In this document: positions 9,585-19,946 of the stretch, piece by piece
How positions within the stretch are numbered: the first letter of the stretch is position 1
Layout of the letters: each line of letters starts with the position of its first letter
Source of the DNA: a virus
DNA length: 64,000 bases
Reading direction: 5' to 3' (one strand)
Virus record (IMG/VR): IMGVR_UViG_3300043464_002365
Coordinates: 9,877-73,876 of that record
Program-made: the position numbers and the translations under genes
Notes under the pieces: generated by a model
Seen by the model: the letters and a program-made list of their open reading frames with translations, nothing else
Database searches by the model: none
What the model was told of the DNA's origin: nothing

Positions 9585-12497
9585 ATGATTCCAGCAAATA
9601 TTAACGCCCTGTTATTAGGCGAAGAAGCTGGCGCTGGCGCTGGGTATCAGGTCAGCAGGTCGCTGCGGTTCAACAGCGCTGACTCGTCCTATCTGAGCCG
9701 CACCCCCGCATCAGCCGGCAACCGCAAGACGTGGACCTGGGCGGGGTGGGTGAAGAGGAGTGACCTCAGCGCGTCGTTTCGTCAGTTATTTACCGCTGCC
9801 GACAACAACTACGCGCAGAATGGTTTTGATGATCTTGGCAGGCTCCGTCATTACCCGCTAAACAATGGCAACGCCGCGATCAGAACGGTTGCCTTGTTCC
9901 GTGATCCCTCTGCTTGGTATCACATTGTTTTTTATACCGACACAACAAATGCAACCGCATCTGACAGGTTACGAATTTACGTTAATGGGGTGCGCCAAGA
10001 TGTAACTGGCACTTTCCCTAGCCAAAATCTAGACTTGTCTTTTAATCAGGCTATTGCCCATAATATAGGTCGTTACCATACTGGATCTGAATACTTTTCT
10101 GGCTACCTCGCCGACATCCACTTCATCGACGGCCAAGCCTTAGACCCCACCAGCTTCGGTGAGTTCTCCGCCACCACCGGCGTGTGGATGCCCAAGGCAT
10201 ACACAGGAACATACGGTACGAATGGATTCCACCTTGATTTCTCAAATAATGCCTCTGCCGCCGCATTAGGGACGGACACTAGTGGGAATGGGAATACGTG
10301 GAATGTCAACAACATGTCAGCCGCCGCCGGGGTTAACTACGCCAATACATCGACGACTAGCGCTTCATCCGGCACTATCCCGAATGGTGGCACTCCCTAC
10401 TGGATAGACATACTGCCAACGAACGCAAGCCTTGACTACAACGGCACGGGCTTTAGTGTCCACGACAGCAGCCTAGCTAACTATGTCTACTGGGTTGGCG
10501 ATGAGTACAGCTCAGGAAATGTCACACGGGCCAGATTTGACCTTAGAGACTTCCCGAGTATTGCAAACGTTCAGCTTTATATACAGTCCTATTCTGGCTA
10601 TGTAGACTATAGAGCAAGGTTATTAGATGCGAGCAAGACTGTAATTGCTGGCACCGATATTGCGCTTACCAGTTACACGCTTAATTGGATAAGCATTCCC
10701 GTTAGCGGCGCTCCCAGGTATCTGGAAATCTACTGCTCCTCTGGTGGGTCGCGGAGGCTTCTCTTATACGCTGTGAGAGTGAATGGTATAACCCTAATAA
10801 GTGGCGGGGCTGGTGACATCGACAGCCTAGTAGACGTTCCCACTAATGGCAGCGAGGTTGACACGGGAAGTGGGGGGCAGGTTAGGGGGAATTATTGCAC
10901 TTGGAATCCTTTGATCGGAAGCGATCAGTTCTTTAACTACTTGGCAAGAAGTTGCACATTCTCCAACGGAAATCTGGACTTTGTTGCCAACTCGGCTAGT
11001 AACTTTAGTAGTTGCTTGTCCACTGTCGGTGTTGCAAGTGGTAAATGGTATGCCGAGCTTTCGGTAACGGTATTTGCAGGTTCAACGTCCTGCGGCTTTG
11101 GTTTTATTAACAGCTCGCAGATTAAAGACATTACTAGCGGTACTTCTCTAGGCTCGGCAGCAGATGGTTACTTGAGGGTAGGCGTTGCGGTATACAACGG
11201 CGCTGGTCGCGGAAGCTCTGGTTACTCAGCTATAGCGCTAAACGACGTTATTATGCTTGCGCTTGATGTGGGTGCGGGCAAGGCGTGGTTTGGTCGAAAC
11301 GGAACTTGGGATACCGGTAGCCCTGCAGTTGGGACGACTCCAACAGTCAGTTTTACGCCTAATGGCTCTTATCTTATTGGTGCTGCCGGGTATGAGTCGT
11401 CGGCAGGGACTTTGAACGCAGGTGCCCGACCCTTCGCCTACACCGCCCCCAGCGGCTTCAAAGCGCTCTGCACGGCCAACCTGCCCGCCCCAGTAGTCAC
11501 GAAGCCTTCGACGGTGATGGATGTGAAGCTCTACACGGGCAATGGCAGCACGCAGACGATTTCTGGGTTGGGTTTTAGCCCGGATTTGGTATGGGGTAAG
11601 CAGCGCAACGGTACGGCAAGTCATGTGTGGATGGATGTCATTCGTGGCACTGGCGTTTATCTTCGTTCCGATCTAACAAATGCAGAATCAGCAAATGCAA
11701 ATGTCATCACGAGCTTCGATTCCAACGGTTTCACGCTTGGCACTAGCTCTGCGCTAAACGGAAGCACAAACTCTTACGCCGCCTGGTGCTGGGACGCCGG
11801 CAGCTCCACCGTCACGAACACACAAGGCTCCATCACTAGTCAGGTGAGGGCTAATGCAAGTGCGGGGTTCTCGATATGCACCTTCACGTTCAATTCCACT
11901 GGAACGGTGGGTCACGGACTTGGAGTTGCGCCTGAGTTCATCATCGTTAAAACACGAGGGACATCAGCTCAGTGGCTCGTATATCACAAATCTCTCGGAA
12001 CAAGTAAATACATCCGCCTTAGCTTTACTGGCGAAGCAGTGACTTTTGCTGATGCGTGGAACCCTGTCAATAGCACGGTTTTCCAAATGGAAGCGGGATT
12101 GCATACTCTTAGCACCTACGTCGCCTACTGCTGGGCTCCGGTCGCGGGTTATAGCGCCTTTGGTAGTTACACCGGCAACGGCAGCTCGGATGGGCCGTTT
12201 GTGTATACAGGGTTTAGGCCGAGATGGGTGATGTGGAAAAGCTCAAGCACTGGTGGCAGCGTCAACTATGACTGGATTATTCAAGACTCAGCTCGGATGG
12301 ATCGAAATGTTATCCAGACGACTCGCTTGTCAGCCAACACGGCCAACAGTGAATCCTCAGATGTCTACGTTCCGATTGATTTCCTCTCAAACGGTTTCAA
12401 GATGCGAGGAACTGGCGCTGAAGGCAATGCCAACACTCAAACCTACGTGTGGGCAGCATTTGCCGAATCCCCCTTCGCCTACAGCCGCGCCCGCTAG
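9585..12497 (+). CDS. tail fibre / receptor-binding protein with LamG (ConA) and SPRY-like domains
   Basis: SLRFNS, RDPSAWYHIV, SGKWYAE, YTGNG repeats typical of cyanophage fibres. Confidence 0.8.
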   Translation: MIPANINALLLGEEAGAGAGYQVSRSLRFNSADSSYLSRTPASAGNRKTWTWAGWVKRSDLSASFRQLFTAADNNYAQNGFDDLGRLRHYPLNNGNAAIRTVALFRDPSAWYHIVFYTDTTNATASDRLRIYVNGVRQDVTGTFPSQNLDLSFNQAIAHNIGRYHTGSEYFSGYLADIHFIDGQALDPTSFGEFSATTGVWMPKAYTGTYGTNGFHLDFSNNASAAALGTDTSGNGNTWNVNNMSAAAGVNYANTSTTSASSGTIPNGGTPYWIDILPTNASLDYNGTGFSVHDSSLANYVYWVGDEYSSGNVTRARFDLRDFPSIANVQLYIQSYSGYVDYRARLLDASKTVIAGTDIALTSYTLNWISIPVSGAPRYLEIYCSSGGSRRLLLYAVRVNGITLISGGAGDIDSLVDVPTNGSEVDTGSGGQVRGNYCTWNPLIGSDQFFNYLARSCTFSNGNLDFVANSASNFSSCLSTVGVASGKWYAELSVTVFAGSTSCGFGFINSSQIKDITSGTSLGSAADGYLRVGVAVYNGAGRGSSGYSAIALNDVIMLALDVGAGKAWFGRNGTWDTGSPAVGTTPTVSFTPNGSYLIGAAGYESSAGTLNAGARPFAYTAPSGFKALCTANLPAPVVTKPSTVMDVKLYTGNGSTQTISGLGFSPDLVWGKQRNGTASHVWMDVIRGTGVYLRSDLTNAESANANVITSFDSNGFTLGTSSALNGSTNSYAAWCWDAGSSTVTNTQGSITSQVRANASAGFSICTFTFNSTGTVGHGLGVAPEFIIVKTRGTSAQWLVYHKSLGTSKYIRLSFTGEAVTFADAWNPVNSTVFQMEAGLHTLSTYVAYCWAPVAGYSAFGSYTGNGSSDGPFVYTGFRPRWVMWKSSSTGGSVNYDWIIQDSARMDRNVIQTTRLSANTANSESSDVYVPIDFLSNGFKMRGTGAEGNANTQTYVWAAFAESPFAYSRAR

Positions 12498-12564
12498 TAG
12501 TGAACACGACTTTTATGCTTAATACTAATTACAATAATAAAAAGCCTTAACGGCTCAGCATTTC

Positions 12565-13113
12565 TTGACAATGTTTGTTTACAAGGGACGATCTCTTCCT
12601 CTTGACACACCCCTAGACCTTGATGGGCTTTTGTTGCCCGCAAATTGGCTAAGGCTCTCGTCACCACAAGACAAGGCAAATGTTGGCATTACAGAAGTTC
12701 CAGATTCGCCGGCCCCGCCAGACCAAAGGTTTTATTGGGGCTGGGACGGCGAAGGGAAAGCTATTCCGAAGGATCATTCACAGTTAGTAGAACAATGGAC
12801 GCAGCAAACTCGCACAACTGCTAATAGCTTACTGGCTCCTACTGATTGGATTATTATTCGCGAATCCGACAATGGCAGTCCGGCTGATCCATTGCTGAAA
12901 ACTTGGCGAGAAAACCTTCGCCTTGCTACAGGCGAAAAAAACGCGGCGATTCAGGCTACTGTTGACACTGACGCATTGGCAGCTTATATTACGGGACCAG
13001 ACTATCCCGTTTGGCCAAGTGACCCTTATTCTCCTGCTCCTGTTAGCTCTTCTTCTTTTAACGGGCTGGAGTTTATTGGAGATGGCAGCTCGACAGACGG
13101 AGGGCTAATTTAA
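12565..13113 (+). CDS. tail fibre assembly chaperone
   Basis: PANWLRLS, DQRFYW, LLAPTDW..IR...WRE.LR motifs; follows the fibre gene. Confidence 0.75.
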   Translation: MTMFVYKGRSLPLDTPLDLDGLLLPANWLRLSSPQDKANVGITEVPDSPAPPDQRFYWGWDGEGKAIPKDHSQLVEQWTQQTRTTANSLLAPTDWIIIRESDNGSPADPLLKTWRENLRLATGEKNAAIQATVDTDALAAYITGPDYPVWPSDPYSPAPVSSSSFNGLEFIGDGSSTDGGLI

Positions 13114-13115
13114 AG

Positions 13116-13253
13116 ATGGCCGCAAAAAGCAAGGTTGGAATTAGCGGGCAAAAAATTCACCAACCAAACAAAAGTAAGCGCACACGTCAAGGCAATGGAG
13201 CCAATAGCAAACCATCTCATGGAAGGAAGCTTTCACGAGGGCAAGGCAAATAA
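13116..13253 (+). CDS. small basic protein (45 aa, MAAKSKVG...TRQGNG...RGQGK), not in ORF track
   Basis: ATG 13116 to TAA 13251-13253; followed by a terminator; pattern familiar from cyanophages. Confidence 0.65.
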   Translation: MAAKSKVGISGQKIHQPNKSKRTRQGNGANSKPSHGRKLSRGQGK

Positions 13254-13255
13254 CC

Positions 13256-13280
13256 AGGGGCCGAAAGGCCCTTTTTCTTT
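13256..13280 (+). terminator. intrinsic terminator
   Basis: GGGCC-GAAA-GGCCC then T tract. Confidence 0.8.
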
Positions 13281-13312
13281 TGCTAGTACAATGGAAGAAA
13301 GCATTCTTTTCC

Positions 13313-14536
13313 ATGGGACAAATAATTGCAGGCGGCGAGCAGTTTGAAACTCACATTCAAGCTGATTATCGCGGGCAGATTTTAAAGACAGGCCCTGATA
13401 GTGGAGCAGTTGATGCTTTTGGGCGTGCTCGCACGAGCGCTCCCTATACGCTTTTTGATAGCACGATGCGTTACAGCAAGCGTGCCGATCAATGGTTTGA
13501 TCGCCTTTCCAATGGAGGCGTGGTCACATATTTAACAAACGAAAGCAGCACTGCTTTGACGACCACCACTGCGTCTGGCGATACAGTGCTGCGTAGAACC
13601 AAGCAATACTTCCCGTACCAACCAGGAAAAAGCATGATGATCATGCAAAGTTTTGCTGGCACCACGCCCGTCTCTGGTCTCATTCAAGAAGTGGGCTTCT
13701 TTGATGACCAGAATGGAGTGATGCTTAGAGCAAGTGGCACTACGCTGCAAATGGTCATCAGAAGCTTCACGTCTGGTACTGTTGTTGAAAACGTAGTTGA
13801 TCAGTCAGCGTGGAACATTAACACTCTTGATTCGCTTGACTTCTCTAAGGCTCAGATTTTCACCGCCGATCTTGAATGGCTTGGCGTGGGGCGAGTGAGG
13901 ACTGGCTTTGTAATTAACGGCGAGATCATTTATTGCCATGAATTCAATCATTACAACACATTGACTAGTGCATATATGACAACGGCTATTTTGCCATTGT
14001 CCTATCGCATTCATAATGCTTCTGCTCAGGCTTCGGGACGCACCATGAAGCAAATTTGCAGCAGCATTCTTAGCGAGGGAGGATATGAGCCAGACGGTGC
14101 CGTGTATTCAGTGAATCACGATTTAAACACTGTTCCAAATACATCTGGGGAGCGCATCACTGCTGGCATCCGCATGGCAAGTGGTCGCACTGGTAATGTC
14201 ATTCTGCCTGTGAGGATTTCGACTGCCACTGCTTCTAGTGATGTGGTGTTGTGGCGTTTGCGTTTAAATCCAACGCTTAGTGGAGTGGTGTGGAGCGCTG
14301 CGGACAATCAAAGAGGAAACGTACAAGTGACAACTAGTGGCACTGCTACAGGCGGCACAGTGGTCGACGCGGGTTTTGTTAGTCAAGGCAGTGCAAATAA
14401 TTACGACATTGCAGTGGCCATTCGTCTTGCCTTGGGACAAAATGCTTCTGGCGAAAGCGACACTCTCATCTTGACTGTCGACAGTGCAGTCAGCGCCAAG
14501 ACTCTTGGCATGATCGGCTGGGTGGAAATCACTTAA
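13313..14536 (+). CDS. putative virion structural protein (DAFGR..TS.P.TLFDS family)
   Basis: Likely start at MGQIIAGG; beta-rich; DLEWLGVGRVR motif. Confidence 0.55.
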   Translation: MGQIIAGGEQFETHIQADYRGQILKTGPDSGAVDAFGRARTSAPYTLFDSTMRYSKRADQWFDRLSNGGVVTYLTNESSTALTTTTASGDTVLRRTKQYFPYQPGKSMMIMQSFAGTTPVSGLIQEVGFFDDQNGVMLRASGTTLQMVIRSFTSGTVVENVVDQSAWNINTLDSLDFSKAQIFTADLEWLGVGRVRTGFVINGEIIYCHEFNHYNTLTSAYMTTAILPLSYRIHNASAQASGRTMKQICSSILSEGGYEPDGAVYSVNHDLNTVPNTSGERITAGIRMASGRTGNVILPVRISTATASSDVVLWRLRLNPTLSGVVWSAADNQRGNVQVTTSGTATGGTVVDAGFVSQGSANNYDIAVAIRLALGQNASGESDTLILTVDSAVSAKTLGMIGWVEIT

Positions 14537-14562
14537 GCTACGGGGGCAATACACCTCTTCCT

Positions 14563-14775
14563 ATGGCCTTTCCTTTTGTTGCAGAGGGCGAATGGTACAA
14601 GCAGCAACTTGAGCAGCTCTCCGACATTTTTGCAGAGCTGCTAACAGACGATGATCCGGCTATGGCCTGCAAGGCTCTTAGCGAAACCATTGCTTCGTGG
14701 GAAGACTACCACGAGAAGGAGCTTGCTAAATGGAAGCGCCTCAGGATTCTCTTGGGCCTGGCAAGCAATAGGTGA
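14563..14775 (+). CDS. hypothetical protein
   Basis: 70 aa ORF with ATG start. Confidence 0.5.
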   Translation: MAFPFVAEGEWYKQQLEQLSDIFAELLTDDDPAMACKALSETIASWEDYHEKELAKWKRLRILLGLASNR

Positions 14776-15145
14776 TTCGCAGTTCCCCGCCTAGTGCTTT
14801 CACGGCCTCACTGGCATCTGCTGGTGGGGCTGTTTCAATGAGCACTGATGGAACAATGGCATTAGGAAGAGGCGTGACGATGGCATCAGGGAAAAGCTTA
14901 TGGGCTTGTTCGGCCAGAGCGTTTGCTTTTGTTTCTCGCTCTTCCTTTTCCCATTGTTTCACTAAAATAGCAGCTTGCTGGTCAACTTTCTGCATGACGC
15001 CTTTGGTTTTCCACTCTGCCCAGTCAGGGCGACAATGAGCCATGAGCATTTTGAACCATGGCTTGAAAGCAAGGGACGGCCGTTTTGTAACGGCCCACAA
15101 GCCTAGTTCGTAACAGAGTGCATTAAACCAAGACTGCCAGTTCAT
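14741..15145 (-). CDS. hypothetical protein in lysis module
   Basis: Co-oriented directly downstream of the endolysin. Confidence 0.5.
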   Translation of the reverse strand: MNWQSWFNALCYELGLWAVTKRPSLAFKPWFKMLMAHCRPDWAEWKTKGVMQKVDQQAAILVKQWEKEERETKANALAEQAHKLFPDAIVTPLPNAIVPSVLIETAPPADASEAVKALGGELRITYCLPGPRES

Positions 15146-15169
15146 TTGCTATTTGCGAATGGCGAATGA

Positions 15170-16114
15170 TTAACCTTCCTGAAAAATTGAAATATACACT
15201 GTGCCTGTTTTCGTCAGAGGCAGAATTTTATCGCGAAGATCAATGTTGAACGCACGGCAACAACCATGAGTTGGCACTAGAGGTTGTTTGGGTGCCCATG
15301 CACCAGGCCATCCATTTGCGCTTCCACCACCATGCAAGGCAATTCCTGCTCTGCCATACCGCGCCTCTTGATTTTCTAGCTCAATCATATCAAACGTGTA
15401 CCAACCATACGCCATTAGCGTACGGTCATAAGCAGGCTTGTCTCCAACCTTCTCATAGTCCTTGTAGATTTCTCCAATTTTGTAGATTCCAGGAGGACAG
15501 TCAGAATTTGTGATCTTCCATTCAAAATCACTATATTGTCCGCGAGCAAGACAAGGGATTTCCCATAGAAGCTTTCCTTCAAAAGAGAAAGCTTTCATCG
15601 TCTCAACGGCATCATTCACAATCAAATGCGAATCGCCTTTCTTAAAGCCAAAATCTTGCGGACGCTTCTTGGGACCGATCATAGTAACAACAGTGCTCTC
15701 AGGAGCATATTCTTTCATGAGCTTAGACAGTTTTGCTGGATACGCCGGATCAGTGGCATAGCTTTGCTCCTTGAGCATGCGAGCAGCAGCGTAACGATTA
15801 GGAGCATGATTAATGCCCTTGAATTGACGATAGTCCTTATACCAGCGCGTGACTAAGTATTCAATGCAAGCAGCAAGGCTAGGGAAGTCAATAAAACCAG
15901 CTTTGATAGTCACCCACTGACCATCGTAAAATTCTTGAGTGGTGGTAGTAGTGCCTTCGCCTTTGGCGCCGATGTAGTTATGCTTGCCAGATGTGTGCTT
16001 CCCGAAGCCACTTTCCAAGCAGCATTGTGCTGCTACCAGCTCTGGATAGCGAGCACCATATTTACGGGCCGTCTGGAAGCATTCGTCCCAGAAAGCCCGA
16101 TTAGAAGGCCACAT
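15170..16114 (-). CDS. endolysin: GH73 glucosaminidase plus C-terminal YkuD/L,D-transpeptidase-like domain
   Basis: AAQCCLESGFG, NYIGAKG, YATDPAY (GH73); IALHGG...THGCCR (YkuD His/Cys). Confidence 0.85.
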   Translation of the reverse strand: MWPSNRAFWDECFQTARKYGARYPELVAAQCCLESGFGKHTSGKHNYIGAKGEGTTTTTQEFYDGQWVTIKAGFIDFPSLAACIEYLVTRWYKDYRQFKGINHAPNRYAAARMLKEQSYATDPAYPAKLSKLMKEYAPESTVVTMIGPKKRPQDFGFKKGDSHLIVNDAVETMKAFSFEGKLLWEIPCLARGQYSDFEWKITNSDCPPGIYKIGEIYKDYEKVGDKPAYDRTLMAYGWYTFDMIELENQEARYGRAGIALHGGGSANGWPGAWAPKQPLVPTHGCCRAFNIDLRDKILPLTKTGTVYISIFQEG

Positions 16115-16117
16115 GGC

Positions 16118-16261
16118 TCAGTCCTTAACGCGGAAGATTGCCTTGAGGCCAGTCAGCAGAAGCTGGATGATATTGTTTTCCTTGTAGGGAGTGCGTTCGA
16201 TAATTTGGTCGGCAGCAGCAACAAGAATGCCACCAATTACGAACCATTCAATGCCGGTCAT
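16118..16261 (-). CDS. putative holin (47 aa, MTGIEWFVIGGILVAAADQII...), not in ORF track
   Basis: Hydrophobic N-terminal helix; ends 3 nt upstream of the endolysin start. Confidence 0.6.
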   Translation of the reverse strand: MTGIEWFVIGGILVAAADQIIERTPYKENNIIQLLLTGLKAIFRVKD

Positions 16262-16291
16262 GATGAGAGGCTCAATGGGAATATAAATAGC

Positions 16292-16501
16292 CTAGCGTTC
16301 AATCTCTAGGTTTCGTACTCTTGCTTCCATTTCACTCATCTTGTCTGTGAGCGTAGAAAGCTTCTCTGTGACAGTTTCAATTTGCACTGCCACTCTTGCT
16401 TGTTGAGTGCCTACGGCGATAAGCATGGCACCTGTTGAAAGCAACATGCCAGCCGTGATGGTGGCTACGAAATTTGCAAGGCCGTCCTTGAAACTGTCCA
16501 T
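16292..16501 (-). CDS. membrane protein with coiled coil (lysis accessory)
   Basis: One TM helix plus heptad repeat. Confidence 0.5.
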   Translation of the reverse strand: MDSFKDGLANFVATITAGMLLSTGAMLIAVGTQQARVAVQIETVTEKLSTLTDKMSEMEARVRNLEIER

Positions 16502-16587
16502 AGCCGACAATCAATACTCTGATTCTAGACAAAATTCGCGGGGCATTATTTAGCGTTAAACTATGGTCAAGACAACTAAATAGTGCC

Positions 16588-17070
16588 ATGCCAAGAGCGA
16601 ATGGTCCTGATGAGCTGCTTTATTCTCTCATTGAACTTCGCCCTGGAGATGCAAAACGTCGGTTTCGTAAGAGCATTTTTGAAGACTATTTCTTGAGAGG
16701 GCCTTTTGGTCAGTGTGCTTGCGCATATTGTGGAGAATGGGGAGAAAAGCTTACGATTGACCATATTGTCCCGAAGAGCAAAGGCGGCCCTCACTTTTCG
16801 CGTTGGAACATGATTCCAGCATGTAAAAGCTGCAATTTGAAGAAGGGAGACTTGCCGATGCTTGAATGGTGGCGAGTGCAGCCATTTTGGACGGAGAAGC
16901 GCGAAGAAATCTTGCTGGCGTGGGTGTATTGCAATAGCTTCGTCAGTGCTCACACTGATCAAAAAGATTTGGAAGCATGGTGCGAGAAGAAGGGGCTTGT
17001 GTTGCCGCTGCATCAAACAATTGAGCATGAAAAAGCCCCCTTGTGGGGGCTTTGTTGTAGTGCTGCTTAG
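16588..17070 (+). CDS. HNH endonuclease
   Basis: CAYCG...[12 protein letters not shown]...[10 protein letters not shown]. Confidence 0.9.
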   Translation: MPRANGPDELLYSLIELRPGDAKRRFRKSIFEDYFLRGPFGQCACAYCGEWGEKLTIDHIVPKSKGGPHFSRWNMIPACKSCNLKKGDLPMLEWWRVQPFWTEKREEILLAWVYCNSFVSAHTDQKDLEAWCEKKGLVLPLHQTIEHEKAPLWGLCCSAA

Positions 17071-17435
17071 CTTTCAACGGGAGCAAACATCACTTGCTTT
17101 CCTGGGAGATCGTATCGAATGCCAGGAACTGGCTCCATTTGATTCGGCATCGGGCAGAATCCTCCTTCGCATTGTTGAGAAGCATTTTCAAGAGCTTCAA
17201 CTGCTTCTTGTTGTGGCTCGTTTTCCATATTAAAAATGAGAAGATCAAGATACCAACTGGCTTTCTTCAAATCTTCTAGGCCATTTTTTTCTTCATAGCG
17301 CCAAACATATTTCAGAATGTTCCCTTTCAGGAAGCCCCTAAAGTCGTCTGTGTCCATTGAAGCTTCAATGGCTTCAATACATTCAATACCGCCATTTTTG
17401 GCATAGTGACGGGGATGATTCACAGCGTCAGTCAT
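17067..17435 (-). CDS. DUF3310 family protein
   Basis: DAVNHPRHY...IECIEAI...[22 protein letters not shown]. Confidence 0.9.
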   Translation of the reverse strand: MTDAVNHPRHYAKNGGIECIEAIEASMDTDDFRGFLKGNILKYVWRYEEKNGLEDLKKASWYLDLLIFNMENEPQQEAVEALENASQQCEGGFCPMPNQMEPVPGIRYDLPGKQVMFAPVES

Positions 17436-18142
17436 CAGAAAGAAGATTGGTGAAGGTCGAAAGCTTCAAAAGCTTCCTTGAACAATGGACGGGCGAGAGT
17501 GGACAAGGCTTGAGCGTAAGCTTGGATTTCGCCTTGACTGTCAGCCTTATCCCGCAATGAAATGAAATGAAGCAAAGCTTGTAAGCTGCAGGTCCAAGTG
17601 AAGGAACTGTACGTCGCCATGGGCATGATTCCCCTGGCTTGCTCCTTCGCCACGCCTAGCGTCAGCAGCGCCCTGTAAGCCTGCTTTGCCTGCTCAAGAG
17701 CCTTGGCATATTCAATCATTGCCACTTGGTTCATGCTGGGCTCCAAGGCGCCGCTGGAAGCTTGCTTATTACTGGCGCTTTGCTGGCGGAATTCACGCGG
17801 CATGTAGTACGTGTCATCGTCAGCTTCGCAGTAGCGAAAGCTTTTCTCATTCCAACCAAGCGTGTCGTTGGCGAACGTGCCACCAATTACATGCTTCCAC
17901 CATTGCCGACAAACATACAGCGGAGCTTTCACTTGCCATTTTGTGACCACGCCACGAAATGGACTAGTGTGCTGATGCTTGACGAGATAATTAAGAAGCT
18001 TCTGGTCCTTTTCGGACCATTCACTACTGGTCTGGTCAAAGCTTTGGCGGGCGTCACAAACAATATCAAGCGAGCTGCCCATCCAATCAATGAGACGCAC
18101 GAAGCTGATGCCATCCATCAGCGGATCCATCTGATTCATCAT
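17435..18142 (-). CDS. thyX: FAD-dependent thymidylate synthase
   Basis: HTSPF, RQWWKH, NEKSFRY, KEQARGIMP, FISLR; start refined to MMNQMD. Confidence 0.92.
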   Translation of the reverse strand: MMNQMDPLMDGISFVRLIDWMGSSLDIVCDARQSFDQTSSEWSEKDQKLLNYLVKHQHTSPFRGVVTKWQVKAPLYVCRQWWKHVIGGTFANDTLGWNEKSFRYCEADDDTYYMPREFRQQSASNKQASSGALEPSMNQVAMIEYAKALEQAKQAYRALLTLGVAKEQARGIMPMATYSSFTWTCSLQALLHFISLRDKADSQGEIQAYAQALSTLARPLFKEAFEAFDLHQSSF

Positions 18143-18328
18143 CAAGTTTTGTCCGTAGCGATGAGAATGCGAAAAGTGATGGCAATTAGGAACCACTGCC
18201 AAAAGCCAAGCGTAAAACTTGGAGCCAGTAGACCCACGCAAGTACTTAACAGCCATGCTCGCAAGCATATGACAGTGAAAATGGCAAGAATTTCTCCTGC
18301 AAGTTTGGAGAAATCTTTAAGCAAGTCG

Positions 18329-18655
18329 TCAGTTGTTTTGGTAAGCACTGGTGATCAGCGAGAGGGGCCGAAGTCGTTGCAAACTGATTGTAGGAGCAAT
18401 GTCCGTAGCTGAATGCCAGCGTACGATTGCTTTCCTGGCCCTGGAGCTTGCATCAAAGCCTTCAATGGTGCCAACAATGGAGGAGGGCATCCACCCAGCG
18501 GACGTACGTTGTACGTACACCACATCCTGTCCTGGAAGCCATTCATGGTTGCGAGGCGTGCGAGGAAGCTTGTATGGGCGGTAGCCCGTCCCACATCTTA
18601 CGGCATCCTTCCCATCGTCCACCCGATAAACAAACCGCTTGCCAAACTGCTGCAT
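18329..18655 (-). CDS. hypothetical protein
   Basis: 108 aa ORF in a tightly packed minus-strand operon. Confidence 0.5.
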   Translation of the reverse strand: MQQFGKRFVYRVDDGKDAVRCGTGYRPYKLPRTPRNHEWLPGQDVVYVQRTSAGWMPSSIVGTIEGFDASSRARKAIVRWHSATDIAPTISLQRLRPLSLITSAYQNN

Positions 18656-18685
18656 GGCTAGGCTAAACGAAACAATGCAAGGACA

Positions 18686-19060
18686 ATGAGCACTTTCTCT
18701 ATCCCAGTGGGCCTAAAATACAATGGTCAAGATTGTATTGGCATTATGGGGCCTTTTGAGCGGAGCATGGAACGAGACTTTGCTCTCGTTGCTAACAAAA
18801 AGGCACTGAGCGAATGCAATGACGTTGACAAGCTGCGAGAAGTGGCTTGCACGATGATGGAGGGCTGGAGCAATATGCAAGAAGCCGTCACGTCGCTCGT
18901 GAAAGAGAATCTTGAACTGCGTCAAGCTATGCAGCTTCAAGAGCGTGATTTGGAAGCCGCTGATGAGCTGCTTGGTGAAGCTGCTGAAGCCGTCACGCAG
19001 TTCGCAATGAAGCAGCAATCCGCTCAAGCCAAAAAGTTTCCTTGGCCGTTTGGGTGGTAA
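18686..19060 (+). CDS. hypothetical coiled-coil protein
   Basis: 124 aa ORF. Confidence 0.5.
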   Translation: MSTFSIPVGLKYNGQDCIGIMGPFERSMERDFALVANKKALSECNDVDKLREVACTMMEGWSNMQEAVTSLVKENLELRQAMQLQERDLEAADELLGEAAEAVTQFAMKQQSAQAKKFPWPFGW

Positions 19061-19355
19061 GGAGAAACACTTTCCACCCTCCCATTGTTGCTAAGTTGAA
19101 TTTACGGGCATCTCGTTCATAGCCCGAGCCGGTTACGTGCCTGCCTCTGCTGAAGGTGCCCCCTTGAATTTCAATGAGACTTTGGGAGGGCAGATGAGCA
19201 AAGTCTGCCCTGTAGCGCTTTGACCGCTTGCTTTTTGCATAGCGCTCTTGGAAATCAGTCTCCCAAGTTGGCACGTCACTGAATTCTCTAATCAATGGGA
19301 GATCAGGGAAATGAGCTTGCCACAGTCCAAGAAACTGGTCTTCAAGAGCGCTCAC
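18993..19355 (-). CDS. PD-(D/E)XK endonuclease (Vsr/DUF559-like)
   Basis: YRADF...LIEIQGG...GRH...DARKFNLA...GWKV. Confidence 0.8.
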   Translation of the reverse strand: MSALEDQFLGLWQAHFPDLPLIREFSDVPTWETDFQERYAKSKRSKRYRADFAHLPSQSLIEIQGGTFSRGRHVTGSGYERDARKFNLATMGGWKVFLLTTQTAKETFWLERIAASLRTA

Positions 19356-19358
19356 TGA

Positions 19359-19946
19359 TCAGACGGCAGCAAACGCTACGTTAGCGCCTTGGTTTTGATA
19401 CTTGCCGTTTCCATAGTCCTGATCTGCGGCGCCTGAGAGGCGAGCGAACATAACTTGCACGATCCCTTCGTTGGCATAGATGCGAACGGGAAAAGCCAAG
19501 GGATTGACAATACAAATAGTGAGATGACCAGACCAGCCAGGCTCAATTGGCGTAACGTTAAGAATGGTCCCTTGACGTGCATACGTTGACTTCCCGTCTG
19601 TGATGCCCATCACATTGTTAGGCATCGAGATGCGCTCAAGGCTAACGCCAAGCGCGTAGGAAAAGGGAGGAAGTACGAAAAACGTGCTGCCGTTTTCTTG
19701 ACGAGGCTTTTGCTCTTCCATTAGCTCCGTGTCGAAGCTTTTCACGTCAAGAGGGAAGTCCTTGCTGACGCTGTTGTCGATGACCATGAAGCCTTCCGGG
19801 GAAAGACGCAGGTCGTAACCAGCATGAGACAGGCCATAAGACAATGCTTTCGTACCATTGTCCAGCTCGCGACGCTTCTCTCCAGTGAAAGGAAAGATGA
19901 TGTCGTTTTCAGCGAGAATGCTAATTTGCTTGTCGTTAAGAAGCAC
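19359..19946 (-). CDS. dcd: dCTP deaminase
   Basis: LSYGLSHAGYDLRL, GKSTYARQG, TPIEPGWSG, YANEGIVQ, KYQNQ. Confidence 0.93.
   Translation of the reverse strand: MLLNDKQISILAENDIIFPFTGEKRRELDNGTKALSYGLSHAGYDLRLSPEGFMVIDNSVSKDFPLDVKSFDTELMEEQKPRQENGSTFFVLPPFSYALGVSLERISMPNNVMGITDGKSTYARQGTILNVTPIEPGWSGHLTICIVNPLAFPVRIYANEGIVQVMFARLSGAADQDYGNGKYQNQGANVAFAAV

Noticed and set aside
16588-17070. RNA-guided IscB/Cas9-like nuclease
   Set aside because: Only 160 aa, with no RuvC motifs and no adjacent non-coding RNA space.
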